In this document: positions 40,855-52,619 of the stretch, in pieces
Layout: every line of letters starts with the position of its first letter
Numbering within the stretch: position 1 is the stretch's first letter
Assembly (NCBI GenBank): GCA_965247095.1
Contig: OZ251997.1
Location: 3,872,001-3,936,000, forward strand
Source of the DNA: Candidatus Multivorans sp.
GTDB lineage: Bacteria; Acidobacteriota; Thermoanaerobaculia; Multivoradales; Multivoraceae
DNA length: 64,000 nt
Reading direction: 5' to 3'
Notes under the pieces: generated by a model
The model's input: the letters and a program-made list of their open reading frames with translations, nothing else
The model's database searches: none
Told to the model about the DNA's origin: nothing
Position numbers and translations under genes: made by a program

Positions 40855-43317
40855 ATGGCTTCCGGATACGTTTCGACTTCGAGCGAGCGGCTGCCGGTAG
40901 TGCCGCTGCGGGACATGGTCGTCTTCCCGCAGATGATGGCCCCCTTCATCGTCGGGCGCCGCGGCTCGGTGCTGGCGCTGGAGCACACCCTCGGCACGGC
41001 CGGCAAGCTGATCTTCCTGGTCGCCCAGCGGGATCCCAAGGTGGACGATCCCGGTATCGACGACATCCATCCGATCGGAGTCGTTGCGCGGGTGGTGCAG
41101 AACGTGAAGTTGCCGAACGGCAACGTGAAGGTCATGGTCGAAGGGCTGCGCCGGGCCGAGTTGCGGACCCTGGAGGAAAAGGACGGCGCCTTCGAGGCCG
41201 ACATCAAGGTCTACGAGATCCACTACCCGGCCGACGACAAGGTTAAGGTCTACATGAGCCAACTGCTCAACAGCTTCGAGCAGTACGCCAAGATGTCCCA
41301 CCACATGGCCTTCGAGAGCCTGATGTCGACGCTCAAGCTGGACGATCCCGACCGCTTCGCCGACGCCTTGGCGGCGCACCTGACCGTCTCCACCGCCGAG
41401 AAGCAGACCCTGCTGGAGACCTTGAATCCGTACGAACGCCTGCAGGCGGTTCACGACCTGCTCGATGTCGAGGTCGAGAAGATCAACATCGACAAGCGGA
41501 TCAACGTACAGGTCAAGAAGCAGATGGAGAAGGCGCAGAAGGAGTACTACCTCAACGAGAAGATCAAGGCGATCCACCACGAGTTGGGGCGCAAGGACGA
41601 TCGCGCCGACGAGATCGCCGAGCTGAAGCAGAAGATCGAGAAGTCCGGCGCTCCGAAACTGGTGCGCGAGAAGGCCGCACAGGAGTTGCGCCGGCTGGAG
41701 GCCATGCCGCCGGTGTCGGCCGAGGCGACCGTGTCACGCAACTACGTCGACTGGCTCGTCTCGGTGCCGTGGAAGAAGCGGAGCCGCGAGCTGAAGGATC
41801 TGAAGAAGGCGGCCACGATCCTGGACCGGGGTCACCACGGGCTGGAGAAGGTCAAGGGGCGGGTGCTGGAGTTCCTCGCCGTCCGGCAACTGACGAGCAA
41901 GACCCAGAACTCGATCATCTGCTTCGTCGGTCCACCGGGCGTGGGCAAGTCGTCGCTGGCCAAGTCGATCGCCGCCGCCACAGGCCGCAAGTTCGTGCGC
42001 CTTTCCCTGGGCGGCGTGCGCGACGAGGCGGAAGTCCGCGGGCACCGGCGTACGTACATCGGCGCCTTTCCCGGCCAGATCATCCAGATGATGAAGCGGG
42101 CGGGGACGGTCAATCCGGTGTTCCTGCTCGACGAGGTCGACAAGATGTCGACGGACTTCCGCGGCGACCCGTCGTCGGCGCTGCTGGAGGTGCTGGACCC
42201 GGAACAGAACGACACATTCGTCGACCACTACATGGACGTGGAGTACGACCTCTCCAAGGTGTTGTTCATCGCCACCGCGAACGTCGAGCACCCGATTCCA
42301 CCCGCGCTGCGGGACCGGATGGAGATCATTCATCTCGCCGGGTACACGCCCAACGAAAAGCTGGAGATCGCGCGCCAGTTCCTGGTGCCGAGACAGTTGG
42401 ACAGCCACGGCCTGACCGACGATGCGATCCGGTTCGACAAGGACAGCCTCGGGTTCCTGATGGACTCCTACACCCGCGAGGCGGGGGTCCGGAACCTGGA
42501 GCGCGAGATTGCCGCCGTGTGCCGCAAGCTGGCCCTAAGGCTGGTCGAAGAGGGTGGAGCCGAGAGGGTAAAGGCGAAATCGAAGAGCAAGGGCAAGGCC
42601 GCATCTTTTGAGTCCGCGATTGCCGTCGACCGGGATCTGGTTTCGCAACTCCTCGGCAAGCCCAAGTTCCGTCCTCGCAAGAAGCTCGAACGGTCCGAGG
42701 TCGGCGTGGCTACTGGATTGGCCTGGACCCAGGCCGGGGGCGAGCTGCTGGAGAGCGAGGTCGGCCTGATGAAGGGCACCGGCAAGCTGATCCTGACCGG
42801 CAAGCTCGGCGACGTGATGAAGGAGTCCGCGCGGGCCGCGATGTCCTATCTCCGCAGCCGCGCCGACATGTTCGGCCTGGAGCCCGGCTTCCACGCCGAC
42901 CAGGACCTCCACATCCACGTGCCCGAGGGCGCCATCCCCAAGGACGGTCCGTCGGCCGGCATCACGATGGCCTCCGCGTTGATCTCGGCTCTCGTCAGGG
43001 TGCCGGTGCGGGGCGACGTGGCGATGACCGGGGAGATCACGCTGCGCGGAAAGGTGCTGCCGGTGGGTGGCATCAAGGACAAGGTGCTGGCGGCGTACCG
43101 CGCCGGGATCTTCGAGCTCCTGCTTCCGAAGGAGAACGAGAAGGATCTCGAGGAAGTGCCGGAGGAGATCCGGGAAGAGATGACGTTCTATCTCGTCGAG
43201 TCGATGGACGAAGTGCTGGACACCGTCTTCGACGGCGTCGTCCCCCGGGTGCCCGAAGTGTCGGCCGAATTCCAGAAGCCGGCGGACGAGGCCCCGCCGG
43301 CCAACGTCGCTCACTGA
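40855..43317 (+). CDS. lon: Lon protease
   Basis: [24 protein letters not shown]. Confidence 0.98.
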   Translation: MASGYVSTSSERLPVVPLRDMVVFPQMMAPFIVGRRGSVLALEHTLGTAGKLIFLVAQRDPKVDDPGIDDIHPIGVVARVVQNVKLPNGNVKVMVEGLRRAELRTLEEKDGAFEADIKVYEIHYPADDKVKVYMSQLLNSFEQYAKMSHHMAFESLMSTLKLDDPDRFADALAAHLTVSTAEKQTLLETLNPYERLQAVHDLLDVEVEKINIDKRINVQVKKQMEKAQKEYYLNEKIKAIHHELGRKDDRADEIAELKQKIEKSGAPKLVREKAAQELRRLEAMPPVSAEATVSRNYVDWLVSVPWKKRSRELKDLKKAATILDRGHHGLEKVKGRVLEFLAVRQLTSKTQNSIICFVGPPGVGKSSLAKSIAAATGRKFVRLSLGGVRDEAEVRGHRRTYIGAFPGQIIQMMKRAGTVNPVFLLDEVDKMSTDFRGDPSSALLEVLDPEQNDTFVDHYMDVEYDLSKVLFIATANVEHPIPPALRDRMEIIHLAGYTPNEKLEIARQFLVPRQLDSHGLTDDAIRFDKDSLGFLMDSYTREAGVRNLEREIAAVCRKLALRLVEEGGAERVKAKSKSKGKAASFESAIAVDRDLVSQLLGKPKFRPRKKLERSEVGVATGLAWTQAGGELLESEVGLMKGTGKLILTGKLGDVMKESARAAMSYLRSRADMFGLEPGFHADQDLHIHVPEGAIPKDGPSAGITMASALISALVRVPVRGDVAMTGEITLRGKVLPVGGIKDKVLAAYRAGIFELLLPKENEKDLEEVPEEIREEMTFYLVESMDEVLDTVFDGVVPRVPEVSAEFQKPADEAPPANVAH

Positions 43318-43344
43318 AGACCTGAGCCGCTAGAGGACGGGACC

Positions 43345-43962
43345 CTGAAGGTCCGCAGCGCGCGCTTCGTCATTTCGGCCGTGCAGTCGGCCGACCTGCC
43401 CAGAGACGGTCGCCCTCACATCGTCTTCGCGGGGCGTTCCAATGTCGGCAAGTCGAGCTTGATCAACCGGATGCTCGGGCGCAAGGACCTTGCGCGCACG
43501 AGTTCCAAGCCGGGGCGTACCCGTACCGTCAACTTCTTCCTGATCGACGAGTCGTGGTACGTGGTCGACCTGCCGGGCTACGGCTACGCGCGGGTTTCGA
43601 AACGCGAGCGAGAGGCCTGGGGCCGGAGCGTGGACCGGTACCTCGGGTCGGCTGCGGGCTTGGCCAGGGTGGTGCTGCTGGTGGATGGTAAGGTCGCCGG
43701 CACACCACTCGACTCCGAAGCGTATGCGTACCTTCGCAGTCTGAAGCTCGACCCCGTGGTGGCGGTTACCAAGATCGACCGTGTCAAGAGCGGGGCTCGG
43801 GCTCGAACCCTTGCCAAGGTTGCAGAGCTGTTGGGAATGCCGTCCGGGGCGGCGCTGTTTCCCGTTTCGTCTCGAACCGGTGAAGGAGTCGCGCGACTGC
43901 TCGGAATGTTGCTGAACCCGGAGTTCAGTCGCGGTGGCGCACCACAGATACCTAGGACCTGA
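43345..43962 (+). CDS. engB: Ribosome biogenesis GTPase EngB/YihA
   Basis: [23 protein letters not shown]; in-frame CTG at 43345 gives (M)[12 protein letters not shown]; alternative start GTG 43381. Confidence 0.93.
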   Translation: MKVRSARFVISAVQSADLPRDGRPHIVFAGRSNVGKSSLINRMLGRKDLARTSSKPGRTRTVNFFLIDESWYVVDLPGYGYARVSKREREAWGRSVDRYLGSAAGLARVVLLVDGKVAGTPLDSEAYAYLRSLKLDPVVAVTKIDRVKSGARARTLAKVAELLGMPSGAALFPVSSRTGEGVARLLGMLLNPEFSRGGAPQIPRT

Positions 43963-43966
43963 GAAA

Positions 43967-45313
<1,347 letters not shown>

Positions 45314-45339
45314 GTTCGCCGGTCCGACCCCGCGTTGCC

Positions 45340-46617
45340 GTGCTGCCGACCGCGCCGTCCTCGGTGCTGGCCGACTACCACGAACTGCTGAACCTCGCGG
45401 GCTACCGCGAAGTCGTTGATCCCTCCGTCGACACGGCGCTCAAGATCAACATCTCCTGGCACTTCTTCTACCCGGGCAGCTCGACCACGCCCTGGCAGCT
45501 CGAGGGCGTCGTGCGGGCGATGAAGAGCGACGGCTACGACCCCGGTCTGATCCACGGCTGTCACAACCGGACCGTGGTCATCGACGCCCGTCTGGGCGAG
45601 CGGGAGAACAAGCAGATCGACGTGATCAGGGCCCACGGCCTGCGCAACGTCCATCTCTACGAGGAGGGCGAGGAGTGGCTTCCGATCCGTGACGCCGTGG
45701 GCGATCTGACCGAGCGCTTCCTGTGCTTGAATGACGTCTACCCGCGGGGCTTCCACATTCCTGCGCGCTTCGTGGGCGAGAACATCATTCACCTGCCGAC
45801 GGTCAAGACCCACGTCTTCACCACCACGACCGGCGCCATGAAGAACGCCTTCGGCGGCCTGCTCAACGAGCGGCGGCACTGGACCCATCCGGTGATCCAC
45901 GAGACGCTGGTCGACCTGCTGATGATCCAGCAGCACATCCACCGGGGCGTGTTCGCGGCCATGGACGGGACCTTTGCCGGGGACGGACCGGGCCCGCGCT
46001 GCATGATCCCCCGGATCGGCAACGTGATCCTGGCCAGCGCCGATCAGGTGGCGATCGACGCGGTGGCGGCGAAGCTGATGGGCTTCGATCCGCTCTCGAT
46101 CCGCTACATCCGGCTGGCCCACGATCTCGGTCTGGGCTGCGGCGATCCGCGCGAGATCGAGATCGTCGGCGATCCCGCGGTCGCCGGCAGGAGCTGGGGA
46201 TTCGTGGGACCGTTCCGGCATATGACCTTTGCGGCGAGGATGCAGCACCAGATTTACTGGGGGCCGTTGCGGCGTCCGGTCGAGTGGTCGCTGCGCACCT
46301 TTCTCGCGCCCTGGGCCTATCTGGCGAGCGTCCTCTACCACGACTCGTTCTGGTATCCGTACAAGGCGAAGCGGCAGATGGCCGAGGCTCTGGCCAGTCC
46401 CTGGGGCCGTCTGTTCGGCGGCTGGGAGAAAGCGAAGGCCGATGCGCGTGGCTATGCCGAGATCCCGGCCGCGCCGGCCGTTCTGTACAGGACCGGTTGG
46501 CGCGCCTTCGTGACTTCGCTCGGCATTCTCTGGACCTGCCTGCGCGAAGCTCCTGAGTTGGCGGTGCGCCTGACCAAGCGCTCGGGCGCAACCGGCGTTC
46601 ACGGTTCGGGTTCCTGA
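45340..46617 (+). CDS. DUF362-like protein
   Basis: LKIN, LPTVKTH..TTGAMKN.FG, DG..GDGPGP, D.VAIDAV. Confidence 0.75.
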   Translation: MLPTAPSSVLADYHELLNLAGYREVVDPSVDTALKINISWHFFYPGSSTTPWQLEGVVRAMKSDGYDPGLIHGCHNRTVVIDARLGERENKQIDVIRAHGLRNVHLYEEGEEWLPIRDAVGDLTERFLCLNDVYPRGFHIPARFVGENIIHLPTVKTHVFTTTTGAMKNAFGGLLNERRHWTHPVIHETLVDLLMIQQHIHRGVFAAMDGTFAGDGPGPRCMIPRIGNVILASADQVAIDAVAAKLMGFDPLSIRYIRLAHDLGLGCGDPREIEIVGDPAVAGRSWGFVGPFRHMTFAARMQHQIYWGPLRRPVEWSLRTFLAPWAYLASVLYHDSFWYPYKAKRQMAEALASPWGRLFGGWEKAKADARGYAEIPAAPAVLYRTGWRAFVTSLGILWTCLREAPELAVRLTKRSGATGVHGSGS

Positions 46618-46625
46618 GCTGACCG

Positions 46626-49115
46626 ATGATGGGGTGGCCGTGGCGTGAGGCCGGCGCCGCGTTGGTTGTTGCGTCCGCTCTGGCGCTGATGGTCTTTCGT
46701 GCCGGGACTTTTCACCACGGCGCCGGCGCGACCTCTCAGGTAGCGGCTGCGGTTCTCCTCCTGGCGTTTGCATGGGTGGGACGAAGAGCGTTCCGTGACC
46801 CCCTGGCGCTTGCAACGGTGCGGGCGCGTTGGTGGCCGGCGCTGCTGGCCGCGCTCTGGCTCGCGGTCGCGGCAAGCTGGCTTCTGTCTCCGGTCGGGCG
46901 CGCCGGGGAGTCGATCGTCATCTTCTTGTTGCCCGCGGCCTGGGCGGCGGCGGGAATGGGCCGCCTGCTCCGCCTGCCAGGGGCGCGGCGATGGGCTCTC
47001 GCCGGTTGTGCGGCCGTCGCCGTGGCGGCGTCGATCTGGGCCCTGATCCAGCAGCCATTGCACGAACAGGGCCGGGCCGCGCTGCCGATCGGCCATCACA
47101 ACCAGTTGGCGCTGGTGCTGGTTGCGCTGCTGCCGCCGGCGCTGCTCGGCGCCTGGCGTTTGCCGTTGCCGGGCGGCTCGCGGGCGCGCTTGACCGCGGC
47201 CGTCCTCGTGGGTGCGATCCTGATCTGGACCCTGAGCGCCACGGGTTCCATGTCGGGTCTGCTGGCGCTGGTGCTTCAGGTCGGCCTGGCAGCGGCATGG
47301 GCCCTGTGGCTGACGGGCGCTCGGAAGTGGCTGGTCCGGATCGGCGCCTTCCTGGTCCTCGTCGCCGCGCTGACGCTGACCACGAGCTGGGCGGGTTCGC
47401 GGCTTGAAGTACCCGGCCCGGTTCAGCGCCTGGGCGCGGTGCTGCGGCTCGAAGACCCGTCGCTGCTGTCGCGTCGAACCTACGCTGCCGCGGCGAAGGA
47501 CGGCTTTGCCGAGCGGCCGATCCTGGGCTGGGGTCCCGGCTCGTCGAGCTGGACCCTCGCCCGGCACTGGCGGCCGGCGCCCGGCGTTCATCCCCCGGGC
47601 GAGGTGATCACCGACACCCACAGCCTTCTGGCGCAGGCGCCGTACGAACTGGGGGCGATCGGTTCGCTGTTGCTGCTCGGCGTGATCGTTCGCTACGGCC
47701 AGCGACGGCTGGTCGAACTCGTTCGGTCGCGGTCGCCTCGCGGGGATCCGGCCGTCCTTGATCTGCCCGTGGGCCGCTCAGGGACGGCGGCCCGATCCGA
47801 GGACCTGGTCGACGATCCGGAACTCCTGGCGGTGGCAATGCTCGGTTTGCTCGGTACGGGAATCTGCCTGACGTTCGGGGTCTTTGTTGGTGTTGTGGCG
47901 GTGCCCGCGGCGCTGATTCTGAACCTGGGATTGGCCGCGGCAGCGCGCGGTGCGGGAACCGGTGCGGAGGGCTTGCCCAGGAGCTGGCCGTGGCCGCGGG
48001 CTCGGGTTGTCGTGTTCCTGTGGCTGGCCGCCGCATTGGCCTGGTCACTGGAGCGGGCCTGGGCGGCGAGCGCGTACGAACGCGCGATCGGGGCGACTGC
48101 GGCCGAGATCGGTGCGGCGGAATCCTCCGGCGGTGTGACGACCGGGGCCACAAACAGCGGCCCGTCGGAGGAAGCGATCGTCCACCTTCGGGCGGCGGTG
48201 GCGGCGGATCCGCGTTTCCCGCTCTACCACGTGCGTCTGGATCCCTGGGCAGCCGCCAGGGCCGCCGACGGGCTTGCGCCGCTTTGGTTGCTGGCCGGCC
48301 TGGTGGAGACCGAGGACAACGAGCGGAGACGGGAGGCCCTGGAACGGGCCTGTGACCTCGATCCGCTGTCGGCGCTTGCGCCCTTCGAACTGATGCGCCT
48401 GGAACGCGCGGCGGGAACCGCGGCGGGGGATCCGCGAGTGGCGGAACGGGCGGCTCGGGCGATCCTCGCCGAGCCGCTGCTTCTGGCGGCGGTCGTCTTC
48501 GAGGGAGACCCCGATCTGCGGGCTGAGGTCCATCGGGGGATCCAGACCTGGCCGGGCCTGCCGCCGGGCTGGTCCGAGTCGTTCGAGGAGTTGTGGCTGG
48601 GGTTGGACTGGTCCAACGGAGCTGAGGGTCCGCCACGGGATGTGCTGTCCGTCGGCGCCGACGGTCGGGCAGCGGTCTCCTTCAGTTTGTTCGCCTTCCG
48701 TCGTCCGCCGTGGCCTCTCTCGATCGGCGCCGTGCCGCTCCGCAGCCACCGCCTCGAGGCGATCGCTGCCGGTGGCCTGCCGGCCGCGACTCGGTTGCCC
48801 CAGACTGCGCCGGATCGTTTCTGGAGCGTGCGCTGCGGGTTAGGGGTGAGGGGAGCTGAACCTGCTTCAGGCGGCCCCGGTGGCCCTGGCGTCGGTCGCG
48901 ACTACGCGGTTGCGGCCGGCGCCCTTCGCCGCGTACATGGCGTCGTCAGCTTGGCGGAGCAGGCGCGTGGCGCTTTCCTCGGAGTCGCGCCGGGTGACGG
49001 TGCCGGGAAGGCGGACCAGGCTGGCGGTGCCGATGGAGCAGGTGAGGCTGACCAGGGGTCGAGACTCGGTGCCGGGGCCACTGGAGAACAGGGTCGACGC
49101 CACATCGGTCCGTAG
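46626..49115 (+). CDS. O-antigen ligase (Wzy_C)-like membrane protein with C-terminal helical-repeat-like domain; true 3' end possibly near 48843
   Basis: Many TM segments, HHNQLA, RPILGWGPG, THS..ELG; last 249 bp overlap an antisense GGDEF gene. Confidence 0.7.
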   Translation: MMGWPWREAGAALVVASALALMVFRAGTFHHGAGATSQVAAAVLLLAFAWVGRRAFRDPLALATVRARWWPALLAALWLAVAASWLLSPVGRAGESIVIFLLPAAWAAAGMGRLLRLPGARRWALAGCAAVAVAASIWALIQQPLHEQGRAALPIGHHNQLALVLVALLPPALLGAWRLPLPGGSRARLTAAVLVGAILIWTLSATGSMSGLLALVLQVGLAAAWALWLTGARKWLVRIGAFLVLVAALTLTTSWAGSRLEVPGPVQRLGAVLRLEDPSLLSRRTYAAAAKDGFAERPILGWGPGSSSWTLARHWRPAPGVHPPGEVITDTHSLLAQAPYELGAIGSLLLLGVIVRYGQRRLVELVRSRSPRGDPAVLDLPVGRSGTAARSEDLVDDPELLAVAMLGLLGTGICLTFGVFVGVVAVPAALILNLGLAAAARGAGTGAEGLPRSWPWPRARVVVFLWLAAALAWSLERAWAASAYERAIGATAAEIGAAESSGGVTTGATNSGPSEEAIVHLRAAVAADPRFPLYHVRLDPWAAARAADGLAPLWLLAGLVETEDNERRREALERACDLDPLSALAPFELMRLERAAGTAAGDPRVAERAARAILAEPLLLAAVVFEGDPDLRAEVHRGIQTWPGLPPGWSESFEELWLGLDWSNGAEGPPRDVLSVGADGRAAVSFSLFAFRRPPWPLSIGAVPLRSHRLEAIAAGGLPAATRLPQTAPDRFWSVRCGLGVRGAEPASGGPGGPGVGRDYAVAAGALRRVHGVVSLAEQARGAFLGVAPGDGAGKADQAGGADGAGEADQGSRLGAGATGEQGRRHIGP

Positions 49116-49517
49116 GCGCTCGGCTCGCCCGAACGCCTGGTCGATGTCAGTTCCCGGCAGGACCAGCACGAACTCGTCGCCGCCGTAGCGCGCGGCGAAG
49201 CCGTCGGCGTCGTCGGCGGCGGTCTGTAGGAGCATAGCGACCTGACGCAGGACGTGGCTGCCGGCCTGGTGACCGTGCCGGTCATTGACCCGCTTGAAGT
49301 AGTCGAGGTCGAGGAACAGCAGGCCGAGATCCTCGCCTCGGCGCTCCGCCTCGTCGATCGCCGCGGAGAGAGCGTCGTGGAGAGCGCGGCCGTCGAAGAG
49401 ACCGGTCAGACTATCCCGTCCGTGGGCCGGCTCGCCGCGGCGAGCAGCGACGACTCTCCGTATCGCGGCCGCTGCCTGAGCCGCCAACGTTCGGGCCGAG
49501 GTGTCAGGCGGCGGCAT
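48867..49517 (-). CDS. Diguanylate cyclase (GGDEF domain)
   Basis: DSLTGL, DLDYFKRVNDRHGHQAG, RYGGDEF, ADDAMYAAK.AGRNRV. Confidence 0.9.
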   Translation of the reverse strand: MPPPDTSARTLAAQAAAAIRRVVAARRGEPAHGRDSLTGLFDGRALHDALSAAIDEAERRGEDLGLLFLDLDYFKRVNDRHGHQAGSHVLRQVAMLLQTAADDADGFAARYGGDEFVLVLPGTDIDQAFGRAERLRTDVASTLFSSGPGTESRPLVSLTCSIGTASLVRLPGTVTRRDSEESATRLLRQADDAMYAAKGAGRNRVVATDARATGAA

Positions 49518-50049
49518 CGGTCAGCCGCTCCAGGCGGGCGCGGTCCCCGTCGGTGAGTTCGAGGGTCGCCGCGTCGTTGGGTGACAGGGTCAGCGCGTCC
49601 TGGAGTGCCTTCCGCCGCCATTTCGGATCGCGGTAGATCGTGTTGGCGGTGAATGAACGGCGCTCACCGGCCGAGAGGACGAGCGGGAACGACTTGCTGG
49701 TGATCGCCGGGCCGCCGCTCCTGCCGAGCGTCTCGATCGTTTCGAACAGCTCGGGAATGGCGAGTTGGAGACGGCCGGTGGCGGTCTGAACGCGTCTCCA
49801 CGAGGCGGGGATTGGCCCGGATCGCCGCCTTGAAGGCGCTTGCGAACAGGGGCCTGCCGCCCTCTCGCAGGGCGGTCCGAAACTCCTCGACCTGTTCCGG
49901 CGAGAGGCCCTGGGACACCGCGATCCGCGAGATCGCGAAGGACCCCGAACGCTGCCTTTTCCTGGGCTCATGCCCGCTCCTGAACTTCGGTTTGGATGTT
50001 TCGAACGGCGCGCGGGTGTTTGGTACTGAGCTTATGCCCTCCGTTTCCA
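49504..50049 (-). pseudogene. Hypothetical gene with apparent single-base frameshift near 49795
   Basis: High-GC3 codon bias switches from the 49664-50098 frame to the 49504-49971 frame at GTG GAG [A] CGC GTT; 5' end uncertain. Confidence 0.5.
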
Positions 50050-50079
50050 TTGGGCTCGAGGCTGCTACCGTGCGGGCCG

Positions 50080-50919
50080 GTGAGTCGGCCGCACACAAGC
50101 GTTCCCCCGCTCCGTCGATCCCTGGGCCAGCATCATCTTCGGCATCCCGGGTCCGCGGCGCCGGCCGTCGACTTTCTGAACGTCGCCGGTCGCAGCGTAG
50201 TGGAGATCGGCCCCGGCGGCGGTGTGCTCACCCGCCTGCTGCTGGAACGCGGCGCTAGCCGCGTGATCGCCTGCGAACTCGACCTGCTGTGGGCGATGGA
50301 GCTGCGCCGCCGGATCGTGGATCCGCGCCTGGTCCTGGTCGCCGGCGACGGCTTCGACCTCCGTTACGAGAGAGCGCCGGCCTCGACCCGGATCGCCGGC
50401 AACCTGCCGTACAACGTGGCGACCCGGATCGTTCTCGCCGTCCTCGAGCGGGCGCCGGTCGGCGCCCGGGCCGCGTTCCTGGTGCAGCGTGAGGTCGCGG
50501 ACCGGCTGACCGCGGAACCGGGCGAGTCCGACTACGGAGGGCTGAGTGTCCTGGTCGCTGCCCGGTCGACGGCGCGCCGGCTGTCGGTCGTCCAGCCCGG
50601 CAGTTTCGTGCCGCCACCGGCCGTGACCAGCGCGTTCGTGGGACTGGAGCGTGCCGCGCCGCCGGTCGACGAGGCGGAGTGGTCCGCGTTTGCCGGCTTC
50701 GTGCGCACCGCCTTCAGCCAGCGGCGCAAGACGCTGCTCAACAACTTTCGGCCGAGCGTGGGTCGGGTTGCCGCCGAAGCGGCGCTCGCGGCGCTGGACC
50801 TGCCGCGCAAGGTGCGGGCCGAGAAGCTGGGCCTGCCTGAGTTCGTTGCGCTGTTCCGGGAGATGAAGAGACTTCGTCAGGCGAAGGACAGCCAGACTAG
50901 CGCGGCAGAACTCGCCTAG
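50080..50919 (+). CDS. rsmA: 16S rRNA dimethyladenosine transferase
   Basis: SLGQH, VEIGPG.G.LT, GNLPYN, QREVA.R, FSQRRKTL; GTG start inferred. Confidence 0.93.
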   Translation: MSRPHTSVPPLRRSLGQHHLRHPGSAAPAVDFLNVAGRSVVEIGPGGGVLTRLLLERGASRVIACELDLLWAMELRRRIVDPRLVLVAGDGFDLRYERAPASTRIAGNLPYNVATRIVLAVLERAPVGARAAFLVQREVADRLTAEPGESDYGGLSVLVAARSTARRLSVVQPGSFVPPPAVTSAFVGLERAAPPVDEAEWSAFAGFVRTAFSQRRKTLLNNFRPSVGRVAAEAALAALDLPRKVRAEKLGLPEFVALFREMKRLRQAKDSQTSAAELA

Positions 50920-50962
50920 GTCGGCGCACCCAGTTTTCGCCGCGCAAGCTACTAGCTGCATA

Positions 50963-52538
50963 AGTGCTTTCCAATCCTGAAATGAGCGTGAACGGGACCG
51001 TCATGGAGAGTCGAGTCGGGTCGGTCTCGGGGTAGTTCTGGGGCGGCAGACGGTTCTGCACCGTCTGCCGCCTAGGGTAGCGCCCGCTGCGAGGCCGCGG
51101 CGGTTGCGGGCGTTGTGTTCCGGCCTGGGCCGATGGTGTTGTGCGGTGTATGGCATCGGGCTGCGCGGTCTGCGGTTCAGGCGCTCCGGCGCCGGTGGGG
51201 ATCGGACTCCCGGTCGATGAGTTCGAAGAGTCTGGCACGAGCCAGCTTGAGGGCGATCGCGGCGTCGAGGTCGCTCGTGGCGCCGGCCTGGTCTTGGAGG
51301 GCGGCGATGGTGACGCCGGGCCTGAGGTACCGCTCCGCGTCCGGCAGGGACTTGAGCTTCTCGAACGGCGTCATGGTGTCCTGGTAGCGGTAGCGTTTCC
51401 TGGTGCGGCCCTTCCTGTCGGTGACCTCGGTGGGAAACAGACACGGGCGATGGAAGTTGAGGAAGGGGGTGAGCACATCGCGTGCGAAGACGTTGATCTC
51501 GCGGGCGAAGAGCTTGGGGATGTGCCGGTATCCGAACTGGCGCCGGATCACGTTGCCGTTCTTGCTCTCGACCAGGGCGTTGTCGTTGGTGTGCCGGCTG
51601 CGGGACTTGGTGAACTCGGGGACGTGCAGTTGGTTGAGCATCCCGGCGACCTTGCGGTTGATGTACTCGGAGCCGTTGTCGGCGTGGAAGCCCAGCACCT
51701 TGAAGGGGCAGGACTCGATGAGCTCCTTGAGCACCGGCACGAGACACCGTTGGGAGATGGCCCGTACCGTCGCCACGTGCTCCCACTGCAACACCTCGTC
51801 CACGAGGTTGATGTGGTACACGCCCTTCTCGCCGTCTTTGTCCCCTTGGTGCACCGTGTCCACCCGCAGGTAGCCCGGCTTCCCCTCCGGCTGGGGCTTG
51901 CGTCGTTCCCCGATCCCGACCGCGGTCGACCGCGTCTTCTTGAACGTCGTCCGGCGCCGCTGGTAGGTGGTCGACTTGCGCAGGTTGTAGAACTGGCCGT
52001 TCGAGATCACAGCCAGACGCTCGAAGCGCTCGTCGCCGTACAGCTCGAACTGGCGCCGCATCACCGCCCGCGTGCTGTGACCGCACATCTGGCCCAGTGC
52101 CGCGTCGACCTCGGCGAGAAGGCCGATGTCGGCCTTCGTGTAACGCCGCCCGAATGCGTGAGGCGGCGCACCGCGGCGGTCCTCGATGCGGCCCGTCTCC
52201 CGGTGCTGCCGGATCAGCCGCGTCAACTGCGACTCGGACTTCCCGGTCATCTTCATCAGGTAGCGCCGAATCATGCCCTTGTCGCGCCTCACAAGCGCCC
52301 GGTAGCGGAACCTGACCAGCGTCTCACGGATGAACTCGTACGTCGATCCGCGGTCCACCACCACGAAGTCCACCGCCTCGTTGCCGGCCACGAAACTGCG
52401 GACCTCACAAAGAGTCTGAAGTCGGCGTGTCTGGAGCGTCACGATCATCCTCCGATGATCCCCGATACCGGCGCTTCACGCTCACTTCTCGCTGGATTCA
52501 CGCACCCCGCTCACGCTCACTTCTCGCTGGACAGCTCT
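50963..52538 (-). mobile_element. Insertion sequence of 1576 bp with imperfect ~34-bp TIRs and 5-bp target duplication GCATA
   Basis: Left end AGTGCTTTCCAATCCTGAAATGAGCGTGAACGGG versus reverse complement of right end AGAGCTGTCCAGCGAGAAGTGAGCGTGAGCGGG; GCATA at 50958-50962 and 52539-52543. Confidence 0.85.
51177..52448 (-). CDS. DDE (rve integrase-core) transposase
   Basis: GYLRVDTVHQG, FHADNGSEY, NDNALVESKN acidic triad; GGAGGA RBS upstream. Confidence 0.9.
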   Translation of the reverse strand: MIVTLQTRRLQTLCEVRSFVAGNEAVDFVVVDRGSTYEFIRETLVRFRYRALVRRDKGMIRRYLMKMTGKSESQLTRLIRQHRETGRIEDRRGAPPHAFGRRYTKADIGLLAEVDAALGQMCGHSTRAVMRRQFELYGDERFERLAVISNGQFYNLRKSTTYQRRRTTFKKTRSTAVGIGERRKPQPEGKPGYLRVDTVHQGDKDGEKGVYHINLVDEVLQWEHVATVRAISQRCLVPVLKELIESCPFKVLGFHADNGSEYINRKVAGMLNQLHVPEFTKSRSRHTNDNALVESKNGNVIRRQFGYRHIPKLFAREINVFARDVLTPFLNFHRPCLFPTEVTDRKGRTRKRYRYQDTMTPFEKLKSLPDAERYLRPGVTIAALQDQAGATSDLDAAIALKLARARLFELIDRESDPHRRRSA

Positions 52539-52619
52539 GCATATAGCCATATTCGACTTTATCGGCTACAATCGTGTACCCGTGCATGTTCCCGTCATGG
52601 CTGGTTGTCGAGGGCGCCG

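Noticed and set aside
50940-52570. dif/XerCD site as the IS target beside ftsK
   Set aside because: The reconstructed empty site (TAGCTGCATATAGCCATATTCG) lacks a convincing XerD arm such as TTATGTTAAA
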